Shown: positions 29,750-39,244 of the stretch, in pieces
Position numbering within the stretch: the first letter of the stretch is position 1
Layout of the letters: each line of letters starts with the position of its first letter
NCBI GenBank assembly: GCA_038209745.1
Contig: JBBQXJ010000007.1
Span: forward strand, 1-64,000
Source: Verrucomicrobiota bacterium
GTDB taxonomy: Bacteria; Verrucomicrobiota; Verrucomicrobiia; Limisphaerales; CANJSG01
Length of the DNA stretch: 64,000 nt
Direction: 5' to 3'
Translations under genes and position numbers: made by a program
The notes under the pieces: model-generated
The model's database searches: none
Told to the model about the DNA's origin: nothing
Seen by the model: only the letters and a program-made list of their open reading frames with translations

Positions 29750-30679
29750 ATGACCGCCGCACCTCCCACCTTCGCCGTCAATCTGGTCAACGTGACCAAG
29801 CGCTTCGGCCAACAGGTCGCGGTCAACGACCTCACGCTCCAGGTTCCCACCGGTTCCATCTACGGTTTCATCGGGCCGAACGGCTCGGGCAAAACCACGA
29901 CGATCCGGATGATCATGCACATCGTCCTGCCCGACAACGGCACGGTCGAAGTGCTGGGCCAGCAAGGCACACGCGCGGCGAACGACGTCATCGGCTATCT
30001 CCCGGAAGAGCGCGGACTCTACAAGAAAATGACGGTCCGCCGCCTGTTGGTCTACTACGCGGGGCTCAAGGGCATGGGTGCCAAAGACGCCGGCCGGGCC
30101 GCCGACGATTGGCTGGATCGAATGGATCTCTCCGCGTGGGCGGGCAAGAAGCTGGAAGCTCTTTCGAAAGGCATGGCGCAGAAGGTGCAGTTCATCTCCT
30201 CCGTCATTGCCCGGCCCAAGCTGTTGATTCTGGACGAGCCGTTCTCCGGGCTGGATCCGGTGAATCTGGAGGTGATCCGGACCGCCATCCTCGATCTCCG
30301 CAAGCAGGGCACGACGATCATCTTTTCCACCCACAGCATGTCCGCCGCCGAGGAGATGTGCGACTACGTCTTCATGATCTATCGCGGCAACAAGGTGCTG
30401 GACGGCACGCTGGCCAGCATCCGCGCCCGCTATGGCAACGACACGATCCGTCTGCGCGTGCCTGGCGGGGCCGAGGCGTTGCGCGGCATTCCCGGAGTGG
30501 AGGTGGCCCGCGATTTCGGCCAGAACCTCGAGCTGCGCAACACGGGTGATCCCCAGGCGCTGCTGCAGGCCATCGCCTCCCGCGCCAGGGTGGAGCTGTT
30601 CGAGGTGACCACGCCGTCGTTGCACGACATCTTCGTCCGCATCGCCAAACCGCAAACCACGGAGGTCGCCCATGCGTAA
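29750..30679 (+). CDS. ABC-2 exporter ATP-binding subunit (NatA/YhaQ-like)
   Basis: GPNGSGKTT, LSKGMAQK, LDEPFSGLDPVN. Confidence 0.92.
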   Translation: MTAAPPTFAVNLVNVTKRFGQQVAVNDLTLQVPTGSIYGFIGPNGSGKTTTIRMIMHIVLPDNGTVEVLGQQGTRAANDVIGYLPEERGLYKKMTVRRLLVYYAGLKGMGAKDAGRAADDWLDRMDLSAWAGKKLEALSKGMAQKVQFISSVIARPKLLILDEPFSGLDPVNLEVIRTAILDLRKQGTTIIFSTHSMSAAEEMCDYVFMIYRGNKVLDGTLASIRARYGNDTIRLRVPGGAEALRGIPGVEVARDFGQNLELRNTGDPQALLQAIASRARVELFEVTTPSLHDIFVRIAKPQTTEVAHA

Positions 30680-31979
30680 GATCTGGATCGTCGCCCTGAC
30701 CGAGTATTTGAACTCGGTCCGCAGCAAGGCCTTCATTCTCGGCATCGTCGCGCTGCCAGTGATGATGTTCGGCGGCCTCATCATCGGCCACCTCGCCAGC
30801 GACAAGGTGGACGTCAGACCGCGCAAGCTGGCCGTCGTCGATCAATCGGGACTGTTCCTGCCGCTCTTGGAATCCCGTGCCGCCGAACGCAACGCCAACG
30901 AACTGTTCTCCTCCACCAATCGGACCAAACAGGTGAAGCCCGCCTTCGTGATCGAAGCCGCTTCGACAAACGGGGCGCTCAGCGAGGGTCTGGAGCTCAC
31001 CCTCTCCGACCGGGTCCGGAGCAAGGACCTCTTCGCGTTCCTCCTCATCCGGACCAACGCCGCGGAGATCGGAGCGACCAACGCGATCTCCTACTACACC
31101 GAAACGGCGACCTACGAGGAGCTGCCCCAATGGTTGAACCGGGTGGTGAACGACGAGGCGAAGCGAAGGCGCTTCGAATCCGCCGGCGTGGATCGCGCCT
31201 TGATCCAACGCCTGACCGCCCCCGTGGAGATCCGCCAACTTGGCCTCACGAAGCGGGACACATCCGGCAAGATCCAGGGCGCCAAGGAGACGAACCGGAC
31301 CGCGACGTTCCTGATTCCGCTCGGTGCGGTCTTGCTGCTCTTCATGCTGGTGATGTCCTCGGCGCCGGCGCTGTTGAACAGCGTGCTGGAAGAGAAGATG
31401 CAGAAGATCGCCGAAGTGCTGGTGGCGTCGGTCAGTCCGTTCCAGTTGATGATGGGCAAGCTGCTGGGCGGAGTGATGGTGTCGCTGACGCTGTCGGTCC
31501 TCTATCTCGGCAGCACCGGTTGGATGCTGGCCAAGTTCGAAATGTTCAGCTACGTGGAGCCGTCGCTGTTCCTCTGGTTCATCTTCTTCCAACTGGTGGC
31601 GATGCTGACCTTCGGCTCGATCTTCCTCGCCATCGGTTCTGCGTGCAGCGAGATCCGCGACGCGCAGAGCCTGATGTTCCCCGCGATGATGATGGTGATT
31701 CTTCCGATGTTCTGCCTCGGCCCCGTGCTTCAGTCGCCCTCCAGCTCGTTCGCCCGCGCCCTTTCGCTCTTTCCTCCCGCCACCCCCACGATCATGACGC
31801 TACGAATCGCGTCGAAGCCCGGGCCGCCGCTTTGGGAAATCCTGCTGGGCGCTGCCTTGTCGACCCTCTTCATGCTCCTCTGTGTCTGGGCGGCCGGGAA
31901 GATCTTCCGCATCGGCGTCCTCTCCCAAGGCCAAGCCCCGACCCTCGGCAAAATGCTGAAGTGGGTGGTCTCGAAGTAG
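30672..31979 (+). CDS. ABC-2 exporter permease (NatB/YhaP-like)
   Basis: N-terminal TM, periplasmic domain, EEKMQKIAEVL, LMMGKLLG, several C-terminal TMs. Confidence 0.9.
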   Translation: MRKIWIVALTEYLNSVRSKAFILGIVALPVMMFGGLIIGHLASDKVDVRPRKLAVVDQSGLFLPLLESRAAERNANELFSSTNRTKQVKPAFVIEAASTNGALSEGLELTLSDRVRSKDLFAFLLIRTNAAEIGATNAISYYTETATYEELPQWLNRVVNDEAKRRRFESAGVDRALIQRLTAPVEIRQLGLTKRDTSGKIQGAKETNRTATFLIPLGAVLLLFMLVMSSAPALLNSVLEEKMQKIAEVLVASVSPFQLMMGKLLGGVMVSLTLSVLYLGSTGWMLAKFEMFSYVEPSLFLWFIFFQLVAMLTFGSIFLAIGSACSEIRDAQSLMFPAMMMVILPMFCLGPVLQSPSSSFARALSLFPPATPTIMTLRIASKPGPPLWEILLGAALSTLFMLLCVWAAGKIFRIGVLSQGQAPTLGKMLKWVVSK

Positions 31980-31983
31980 CGGC

Positions 31984-32991
31984 TTACTGCGCCGCGCCCT
32001 TCGGCCAGGCGCAGCGAAACAGCGTCGGCCGCTTGTCCTGGGGATATTTCTTCCGACCCAGCCCGTTGTTGTCCGTGATGAGCCAGAACCCTCCGGCGTC
32101 GATGGCCAAGCCCTCCAGATTTCCCGTTCCATACCGCGTGATGTAGGCGAATTCTGGATCACGGTCCGCGAAACCGGCGTCGTATTCTGCGACGACCTGT
32201 TCCGTCGCTGGATCGACCTCCAAGATCTGGTCCCGGCTACGGACGAGCACGAAAAGGTGCCCGCGCCAAACCGAGAGGTCGCTGTAGTGGGCCTCGTTGA
32301 TCAGGGGAATGTTGAACGTCGGCGAGAAGTCCCCGACCACTTTCATCGTGTCCAAGTCCACCCGGATGATCCGTGGAAGGCTGCGTTCGTTCGCCACGAA
32401 AAGGGTCCGCCCGATGACGGCGACCCCTTCGAAAGAGGCGTTGTCGTCTTTGGGATCGAAATAGCGGGCAACGGGCGACCAGTCGATCGGGAGTCGCTCC
32501 ATCCGTGATCCGTCGGACGGAAACCGCAGAATCCAGCGATTCGCCTCCTCGCTGACGTAGATTCTTCCGACATCGTCCTGCGCGAGGCCCTCGATGTCAT
32601 ACCGGTCTTTCTTCTCTCGCTTGAACGGCGCGAGCTGAGAGGCGCCAAAGAATCCCGGGAGCTTTTCCAGATGAGCAATCCCGCCGCCGTGAGGCGCAAT
32701 GATCCGGAACAAAGCCGGCTGTTGGTCGCTGAGGGTGAGAAGTGATCCGTCCGGACGGAGCAGCAACGCAGAAGCATCGAATCGGACTCCATCCAAAAGA
32801 TCGACCTGCCAAACGTTGGTTGGAGAGAGGGAGAAGTGTCGGCGCTCGACCAACTTCGCCGCAGATTTTGCCGTCGTGGCCGGCGCTGCGGATCGGCATC
32901 CCAGGATCGAAATTCCGATAAGCAGAACCACCCCTGCCGCCGCAATCTTCGGCTTCCAGTTTCCACGATTCAGTGAGGCGACTCGCAACAT
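31984..32991 (-). CDS. Lipoprotein, beta-propeller (SdiA-regulated/phytase-esterase-like)
   Basis: Lipobox SILGC; DASAL, DIEGLA, FEGVA, EGLAID, ITDNN repeats. Confidence 0.72.
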   Translation of the reverse strand: MLRVASLNRGNWKPKIAAAGVVLLIGISILGCRSAAPATTAKSAAKLVERRHFSLSPTNVWQVDLLDGVRFDASALLLRPDGSLLTLSDQQPALFRIIAPHGGGIAHLEKLPGFFGASQLAPFKREKKDRYDIEGLAQDDVGRIYVSEEANRWILRFPSDGSRMERLPIDWSPVARYFDPKDDNASFEGVAVIGRTLFVANERSLPRIIRVDLDTMKVVGDFSPTFNIPLINEAHYSDLSVWRGHLFVLVRSRDQILEVDPATEQVVAEYDAGFADRDPEFAYITRYGTGNLEGLAIDAGGFWLITDNNGLGRKKYPQDKRPTLFRCAWPKGAAQ

Positions 32992-33062
32992 TCCAGTGAC
33001 CTTTGGAACAAACAACCGGGGACGCAAGGCCGCTGCCGTTATCGGTGCTGGGCCGAAAACAG

Positions 33063-33097
33063 AAAGACCCGCCGATCCTTTCGGGATGGGCGGGTCT
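33063..33097 (-). terminator. Intrinsic terminator after the small ORF at 33139-33237
   Basis: Minus strand AGACCCGCCCATCCC-GAAA-GGATCGGCGGGTCT-TTCTG. Confidence 0.65.
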
Positions 33098-33138
33098 GGG
33101 CGGAAAAAAGCGGTCCGCTCAAGAATTCATGCTGGGCG

Positions 33139-33237
33139 TCACTCCAACGAATCATTCATCCGATTGGACGCAGCCAAGGAAATCGCGGCCCCCAAGAGCC
33201 CAATCCACGCGCAAAGTCCGATGATGACGAGGTGCAT
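33139..33237 (-). CDS. Putative 32-aa single-pass membrane protein
   Basis: MHLVIIGLCAWIGLLGAAISLAASNRMNDSLE*; TATGGT 7 nt upstream; terminator downstream. Confidence 0.5.
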   Translation of the reverse strand: MHLVIIGLCAWIGLLGAAISLAASNRMNDSLE

Positions 33238-33272
33238 AGGCCAAACCATAGCGGATCCGATGCCAACAACGC

Positions 33273-33302
33273 AAAACCCCGGAAACCACGGTTCCCGGGG
33301 TT
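33273..33302 (-). terminator. Intrinsic terminator after the PFK gene
   Basis: Minus strand AACCCCGGGAACC-GT-GGTTTCCGGGGTT-TT. Confidence 0.7.
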
Positions 33303-33366
33303 CTAGCGGCTGAATGACTTGTCCCGTTTTGGGAGATTATCCAGCCGCTGTGTCTCAGTGGACAGA

Positions 33367-34641
33367 TCAAGCGCGAGCCGGCAGAACCTTCTCGATCGCG
33401 ATCTTTTCGAGCACGGCATACTTCGGCAGGCCGTTTTCAGTCGGCGGAGTGACTTCGCCTTCGATCAGCGGCGCCGCGTATTCGACGAACTTCTGGTTCG
33501 GCATGAACCCATCGGCGCTGACCCAGTCGCGGGGCAGGAAACGTTCAACGTTCGCGATATCCTTGAGATCCTGCAAAGCGGTGCCGAAGTAGGTCTTCAC
33601 TCCGACCGTGCGGACGATCTTCACCATGAAACCGCTCTGGCCATCGATCGCCGCGCGCACGGCGGCCTCGCCGCACTTGAACGCGATTTCTGCGTCGACG
33701 GCGCTGGCGAAGTGGGCGGCGCAGCGTTGGGCATAGCCAAGCTTCACCGTGCGGGTCTTGAGGTTGAGCTTGCCCTGGATGATCTCGGCGAGCTTGTCGG
33801 CGGCACCGGAAAGAACGGCATGTCCGAACGAGTCCACCTTGGATTTGTCGGCTCCGATCTCCTCACCAGCGGCGTTTTTTAGGCCCTCGCCAACGACCAC
33901 CACGCAATACTTCAGCTTGGCGATGGTCTCCTTCACCTTGGCGAGGAAGGCGGCTTCGTCCAAAGCAATCTCCGGCATCAGGATGATGTGCGGGGCATTG
34001 TCGGGGTTGCCCTGCTTGGCCAGCACGGTGCCGGCCGCGATCCAACCGGCGGCGCGGCCCATGACCTCGACGATGCAACAGGAGCCGTCGTCCGTGGCCA
34101 TCGATCCGACATCGAGACCGATCTCGGCGACGGTGGCGGCGTTGTATTTGATGACCGAGCCGTAGCCGGGGCAGTGGTCGGTATGGGGCAGATCGTTGTC
34201 GATCGTCTTGGGCACCCCGATCACGCGGACTTCGTAGCCGCGCTTGACGGATTCGCCATGGATCTTGTTGGACGTGTCCTGGGAATCGTTCCCGCCCGCG
34301 TAGAAAAAGTAGCGGATGTTGTGCGCCTGGAAGACCTCGAAGAGACGGTCCATGTCCTTGGCGGCCTGTTCCGGGTTCTTGGCTGGGTTGATCTTGTAGC
34401 GGCAGGTGCCGAGGGCGGCAGCCGGCGTGTAGCGGAGGCTGTCGATCGTCTTCTGCTTCTCGTCCTGCAGATCGATGATGTCTTCGTTGAGGATGCCGAA
34501 GATCCCGTTCAAACCGCCGTAGATCTCCTCGATGCAGCCATGCTTTCCTGCCTCGGCCATCACACCGGCGACGCTTGAATTGATCACCGCGGTCGGGCCA
34601 CCGGATTGGGCGACAAGTAGATTTCCAACTAGTTCAGACAT
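33367..34641 (-). CDS. pfp: 6-phosphofructokinase, probably pyrophosphate-dependent
   Basis: QSGGPTAVIN, GGNDS (Asp typical of PPi users), PKTIDND, EVMGR. Confidence 0.9.
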   Translation of the reverse strand: MSELVGNLLVAQSGGPTAVINSSVAGVMAEAGKHGCIEEIYGGLNGIFGILNEDIIDLQDEKQKTIDSLRYTPAAALGTCRYKINPAKNPEQAAKDMDRLFEVFQAHNIRYFFYAGGNDSQDTSNKIHGESVKRGYEVRVIGVPKTIDNDLPHTDHCPGYGSVIKYNAATVAEIGLDVGSMATDDGSCCIVEVMGRAAGWIAAGTVLAKQGNPDNAPHIILMPEIALDEAAFLAKVKETIAKLKYCVVVVGEGLKNAAGEEIGADKSKVDSFGHAVLSGAADKLAEIIQGKLNLKTRTVKLGYAQRCAAHFASAVDAEIAFKCGEAAVRAAIDGQSGFMVKIVRTVGVKTYFGTALQDLKDIANVERFLPRDWVSADGFMPNQKFVEYAAPLIEGEVTPPTENGLPKYAVLEKIAIEKVLPARA

Positions 34642-34860
34642 AAAAATTGTAGTTTTGGGGGCGAAGACAACCGCCCAGAGGCGGACAGATCCGCCAAATC
34701 AAGGTTCAAACTGAACGTTGAAACTGCCAACCGCCCAACGGGGTGTCAAAGATTGAATTCCGGCCAAGTGGTTATGGCTGGCGGACAACCGACCCCGCCG
34801 CGGACAACTTTGAAAAACTGCTTTCGTCACGACCGACCATTTCTGATTCTCCCCCATCCG

Positions 34861-35961
34861 ATGAACGTTCCGTTCCTGAACCTAGCCGCTCAATACGAGG
34901 CCCTTAAATCCGACATCCTGCCCGCCGTGGAGAAGGCCCTCGCCGGTGGCCACTACATCCTCGGGCCCAATGTCGCCGCCTTCGAAAAGGAGCTGGCTGA
35001 GTTTACCGGGACCGCGTTCGCCGTCGGCGTGAATTCCGGATCGGACGCCCTGACGCTGTCGCTGCGGGCGCTCGACGTCGGCCCCGGCGACGAGGTCATC
35101 ACTTCTCCTTTCACCTACATCGCCCCGGCCGAGTCGATCATCCAGATGGGCGCGCGGCTGGTCTTCGCCGACATCGATCCCAAGACGCTTTGTCTGAATC
35201 CGAAGGACGTCGCCGAACACATCAGTCCAGCCACGAAGGCGATCATTCCCGTCCACCTCTTCGGCCAAGCCGCGCCGCTCGACGAGATCTTCGCCTTCGC
35301 CAATCCGGCCCAGATCCACATCGTCGAAGACTGCGCCCAAGCCATCGGCGCCACCCGCAACGGCCAGTCTGTCGGCTCCTTCGGCGCAACGGGCTGCTTC
35401 AGCTTCTATCCGACCAAGAACCTTGGCGCCGACGGCGACGGCGGCGCGATCGTCACCAACGACGAGGCCCTGGCCAAGAAGCTGAAGATGCTCCGCGTCC
35501 ACGGCATCGAACGCCGCTACCACCACGACCTCCACGGCTTCAACTCCCGGCTGGACGAGATCCAGGCGGCCATTCTCCGGGTCAAGCTTCCGCACCTGAA
35601 CCGCTGGAACGCCCGCCGTGCCGAGATCGCCGCCCGTTACGTTGAGGGTTTGAAGAACCTGCCCGTTGAAACCCCGACCACCGCCCCGGGCAACGGCCAC
35701 GTCTTCCATGTCTTCCATCTGCTGAGCGAACGACGCGACGAACTGCAGAAGCATCTGGCCGATCACGGCGTGCCGACGATCATCTACTACCCCAAGCCGC
35801 TGCACCTCCAGCCATGCTACGCCGACCAGGATTGGCGCGAGGGCCAGTTCCCCGTGGCCGAGGCGATCTCGAAGAAGATCCTTCCCCTGCCGATGTATCC
35901 CGAACTGACCGACGCGCAGGTCGATCATGTGATCAAGACGATCCGCAAATTCCGATTCTGA
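34861..35961 (+). CDS. DegT/DnrJ/EryC1/StrS PLP aminotransferase
   Basis: VNSGSDAL, EDCAQAIG, SFYPTKNLG, NSRLDEIQAA. Confidence 0.94.
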   Translation: MNVPFLNLAAQYEALKSDILPAVEKALAGGHYILGPNVAAFEKELAEFTGTAFAVGVNSGSDALTLSLRALDVGPGDEVITSPFTYIAPAESIIQMGARLVFADIDPKTLCLNPKDVAEHISPATKAIIPVHLFGQAAPLDEIFAFANPAQIHIVEDCAQAIGATRNGQSVGSFGATGCFSFYPTKNLGADGDGGAIVTNDEALAKKLKMLRVHGIERRYHHDLHGFNSRLDEIQAAILRVKLPHLNRWNARRAEIAARYVEGLKNLPVETPTTAPGNGHVFHVFHLLSERRDELQKHLADHGVPTIIYYPKPLHLQPCYADQDWREGQFPVAEAISKKILPLPMYPELTDAQVDHVIKTIRKFRF

Positions 35962-36002
35962 GAACCGGCCGCAAAGAGGCAGGAAAAGCGGAAAAACTGA
36001 AA

Positions 36003-36035
36003 GGCCCCGATGGACGAATCCACCGGGGCTCTTTC
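36003..36035. terminator. Hairpin/terminator between convergent degT-like and FKBP genes
   Basis: GGCCCCGATGGA-cgaa-TCCACCGGGGCT-CTTT. Confidence 0.55.
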
Positions 36036-36070
36036 GTTGTGAATCCTGTGCCCCTTTGCGGACCAACCCT

Positions 36071-36397
36071 TCAGTTCACCGCCAGCAGCTCGACCTCGAA
36101 GATCAAGGTGGCGTTCGGCGGGATGACACCGGGATAACCGCCGGCGCCGTAGCCCATGTTGGGCGGAATGGTCAGTTTGACCTTCTGGCCGACCTTCATC
36201 TGGGCCACGCCGACGTCCCAGCCCTGGATGACCTGGCCGACTCCGAGCACGAACTCGAAGGGCTCCTTGCGGTCCACGGAGCTGTCGAACTTGGTGCCGT
36301 CGGTCAGGGTGCCGGTGTAGTGGACAGAGACGGTCTGGCCCTTGCGGGGCGACGCGCCGGTGCCGGCGACGAGGGTTTCAGAAACGAGTTGGGACAT
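36071..36397 (-). CDS. FKBP-type peptidyl-prolyl isomerase
   Basis: [32 protein letters not shown]. Confidence 0.96.
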   Translation of the reverse strand: MSQLVSETLVAGTGASPRKGQTVSVHYTGTLTDGTKFDSSVDRKEPFEFVLGVGQVIQGWDVGVAQMKVGQKVKLTIPPNMGYGAGGYPGVIPPNATLIFEVELLAVN

Positions 36398-36408
36398 GGG
36401 AGAGGGGA

Positions 36409-36711
36409 TCAGCTTTCGATGACGTTGATTTCGACGGGTTCGACGCTCACGCCGACCTTTTCCAGCCAGGCAATGATGGACTTCATGTCCGAACGCTTGC
36501 CTTCGAGTTCAAGGCAGAGAATTCCGATCTGCTCGCTGACGCTGGCCTGGCGGACGTTGAAGACGACCGGGAACTTGTGCGCCATTTCCCAGATGATCGG
36601 GCGGGTCACCAGCTTGGTCGGGTAGCTGAGCCAGAAACGGCGGGTTTCCTTCGCGTCCGTCCGGGCGGCTTCCGGGGCGACCTTCTTCTGGGCAGTCTTC
36701 TTGGGAGGCAT
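36409..36711 (-). CDS. Stand-alone NIL-domain protein
   Basis: [39 protein letters not shown]; start MPPK at 36711. Confidence 0.8.
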   Translation of the reverse strand: MPPKKTAQKKVAPEAARTDAKETRRFWLSYPTKLVTRPIIWEMAHKFPVVFNVRQASVSEQIGILCLELEGKRSDMKSIIAWLEKVGVSVEPVEINVIES

Positions 36712-36725
36712 GAAAGTATTGGAGT

Positions 36726-37001
36726 TTAGCCGCCGGCGATCGCCGGGATGATGCTGATCTCGTCGCCGTCCTTGACCGGGGTCTGCTGGTTCTCGAGGAA
36801 GCGGATGTCCTCTTCGTTCACGTAGACGTTCACGAAGCGACGGACCTCGCCCTTCTCGTCGAGCAGGCGTTCCTTGATTCCGGGGAATTTGGACTGCAGC
36901 TCGGCCATGGCGGTGGCGACGGTGCCGGTGGCGACTTCGACGAGTTCCTGCTCGTTGGTGAGCTTGCGGAGCGGAGTTGGGATGCGGACTTTTGCGGGCA
37001 T
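36726..37001 (-). CDS. MoaD/ThiS/CysO-like ubiquitin-like sulfur carrier, copy 2
   Basis: VRIPTPLR, FVNVYVNEEDIRFL, C-terminal IPAIAGG. Confidence 0.93.
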   Translation of the reverse strand: MPAKVRIPTPLRKLTNEQELVEVATGTVATAMAELQSKFPGIKERLLDEKGEVRRFVNVYVNEEDIRFLENQQTPVKDGDEISIIPAIAGG

Positions 37002-37189
37002 AAAATTGAACTGCGATTAACGGCGGGATCGTCGGCCAGTTTCCAGTGGGTGGCAACGGTCAATTCCCGGACTTCGAACCGCTATTCTGCGCTGATTTTC
37101 GACGACGCTGCCTTCAGAGAGCCTCCGCGCCACGATACCCTGTCTTGGCCCTGTCAAAGTTGATCGACCAAGATTGGCGGTTAAAAAAA

Positions 37190-37465
37190 TCACCCTCCGG
37201 CAAACGCCGGGATGATGCTGACTTCGTCGCCCGGATTGAGCGGGGTCTCTTCGTTCAGGAGGAAGCGCACGTCTTCCTCGTTCACGAAGACCAGCACGGA
37301 GCCGCGGAGCTGCCCGTGTTCGTCCATCAGCCGCTCGCGCACGCCGTGGAAGCGGCTGTGGAGCTGGTGCACCGCGCCGGCCACGGTGCCGGGCTGGACC
37401 AGAATCGTCTCCGAGCCTTCACAGTAGCGACGGAGCGTGGGTGGAATACGAATGGCGACGGACAT
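37190..37465 (-). CDS. MoaD/ThiS/CysO-like ubiquitin-like sulfur carrier, copy 1
   Basis: IRIPPTLR, VFVNEEDVRFL, C-terminal IPAFAGG; start MSVA at 37465. Confidence 0.92.
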   Translation of the reverse strand: MSVAIRIPPTLRRYCEGSETILVQPGTVAGAVHQLHSRFHGVRERLMDEHGQLRGSVLVFVNEEDVRFLLNEETPLNPGDEVSIIPAFAGG

Positions 37466-37485
37466 GGTGGATAGCAGTTTTCGGG

Positions 37486-38739
37486 TTAGGCCGCGGCGGC
37501 CGCCTTGTCGCGTTCGAGAATCGCCTCGAACTCGCGGAGGCTGGGCCGGATCTCGCGGGTTTCGCCGACATGGCCGGTCATGGCTTCGATGGTCTTGAGA
37601 CCGTTGCCGGTGATGCACAGCACGGCGGAGTCGCCGGCCGCGATCTTACCCGCCGCGATCAGCTTCTTGGCCACGCCCACGGTCACGCCGCCGGCGGTCT
37701 CGGCAAAGATGCCTTCGCATTCGGCCAGAATCCGGATGCCTTCGCGCACTTCGTCGTCGGTCACGTCGTCGGCGTAACCGCCGGTCTCCTTCATCACCTT
37801 GAGCGCGTAGAAGCCGTCGGCCGGCGTGCCGATGGCCAGCGACTTGGCGATGGTGTTCGGCTTGACCGGCTTGAAGAAGTCGAGCCCGGCACGGTGCGCG
37901 GCGCTGATCGGATTGCAGCCCGTGGCCTGGGCGCCGTGGATGCGGCTTTCGCCGGAAACGAGGCCGAGCTTGTTCAGCTCCTGGTAGGACTTGTGGATCT
38001 TGGTCAGGAGCGAGCCGGACGCCATCGGGATGACGGTGTGCTGCGGCACCTTCCAGCCGAGCTGCTCGACGATCTCGAAGCCCATCGATTTGGAACCCTC
38101 GGCGTAATACGGCCGCATGTTCACGTTCACGAAGGCCCAGCCATACTTGCCGGCGATCTCGGCGCAGAGGCGGTTGACCTCGTCGTAGTGGCCTTTGATG
38201 CTGATGACGTTGGCGCCGTAGACGAGCGAATTGACGACCTTGCCCAGCTCCAGATCGGAGGGAATGAAGACGTAGGCCTCCATGCCGGCGGCGGCGGCGT
38301 TGGCGGCGACGGAGTTGGCGAGGTTGCCGGTGGAGGCGCAGGCGGCGGTCTTGAAGCCGAGTTCACGGGCGCGGCTAAGGGCGACGCTGACGACGCGGTC
38401 CTTGAACGAAAGCGTGGGGTAGTTGACGGCGTCGTTCTTGATCCAGAGCTCGCGGATGCCGAGACGTTTGGCCAATCGGTCCGCTTTCACCAGAGGCGTG
38501 AACCCGACCTCGACCCCCACGGTGGGGTCACCGGCGATGGGCAGCAGCTCGCGATAGCGCCACATGGAGTGCGGCCGGGACTGGATGGCGGCGCGGGTCA
38601 TCGACTTCTTGATGCTCTCGTAGTCGTAGGCGACTTCGAGGGGACCAAAGTCGAACTCGCAGACGTGGGTGGCGGCGAGCGGGTACTCGCGGCCGCACTC
38701 GCGGCACTTCAACGCCTTCATGAATCCTTGCTGTTGCAT
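37486..38739 (-). CDS. Threonine synthase-like fold-type II PLP enzyme (possibly a sulfur-carrier-dependent homocysteine synthase)
   Basis: N-terminal CREC..C, MWRYRELLP, PTLSFKDR (PLP Lys), ASTGNLA, ITGNGLKT. Confidence 0.9.
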   Translation of the reverse strand: MQQQGFMKALKCRECGREYPLAATHVCEFDFGPLEVAYDYESIKKSMTRAAIQSRPHSMWRYRELLPIAGDPTVGVEVGFTPLVKADRLAKRLGIRELWIKNDAVNYPTLSFKDRVVSVALSRARELGFKTAACASTGNLANSVAANAAAAGMEAYVFIPSDLELGKVVNSLVYGANVISIKGHYDEVNRLCAEIAGKYGWAFVNVNMRPYYAEGSKSMGFEIVEQLGWKVPQHTVIPMASGSLLTKIHKSYQELNKLGLVSGESRIHGAQATGCNPISAAHRAGLDFFKPVKPNTIAKSLAIGTPADGFYALKVMKETGGYADDVTDDEVREGIRILAECEGIFAETAGGVTVGVAKKLIAAGKIAAGDSAVLCITGNGLKTIEAMTGHVGETREIRPSLREFEAILERDKAAAAA

Positions 38740-38759
38740 CGTCGTTCTTTTTTTCGGGG

Positions 38760-38796
38760 CAAAAAAAGCCCCTTCTCGTGGTGTCGGGAGAAGAGG
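38760..38796 (-). terminator. Riboswitch-controlled attenuator
   Basis: Minus strand CCTCTTCTCCCG-acac-CACGAGAAGGGGC-TTTTTTT. Confidence 0.8.
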
Positions 38797-38815
38797 ATGG
38801 ACGGGCCGCGCTCTT

Positions 38816-38932
38816 CTCATTTTTCCCCGGTTCGGCTGCGATCCGGGCTGGATTTGGCACCTGACGCGGAACTCGCGGTTCCACCGGTTGCCGTGACGTC
38901 TTCGGGCCAGTCCCTCGGTCACTCTTAATGAG
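38816..38932 (-). promoter_or_regulatory. SAM-I (S-box) riboswitch
   Basis: Minus strand CTCATTAAGAG..GAGGGACTGGCCCGAAGA..CGGCAACC..GGTGCCAAATCC..GAAAAATGAG with P1 CTCAT/ATGAG. Confidence 0.93.
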
Positions 38933-39244
38933 ATCCATTGCGTATATATCAACGGATACGGATTTAATGATTTAAGCCGCAAACTACGTCAACGACTTTT
39001 ATGCGGATCGATGGCCTGTTCCGATCCCGTCCATGGGCGACCGGCTGTCTCCGCTCTCGATGTGCGTCTCACCGGTCGGCGTCCCGTGCCTTGGCAGTGG
39101 TGAAGTCCCTCGGCCACCGACGCCTTCTGCCGGGACAACTCTGTCCCAGTCCCGGAAGGTGGCGCCGTTCGCCTCCGCTTTCCCTGTAGATCCACCCTCA
39201 TCAGAACTTCTTCTGGCGCCGATAGATCTTGGACCGGAACGCTC

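Noticed and set aside
36409..37056. 215-aa ORF suggesting a Ubl-NIL fusion
   Set aside because: The upstream part is an alternate frame over the Ubl gene, which has its own GG-stop; NIL starts at 36711
37002..37140. Moco RNA motif upstream of the MoaD-like gene
   Set aside because: Only a short TTGCCACC resemblance; the remaining conserved elements are not recognisable
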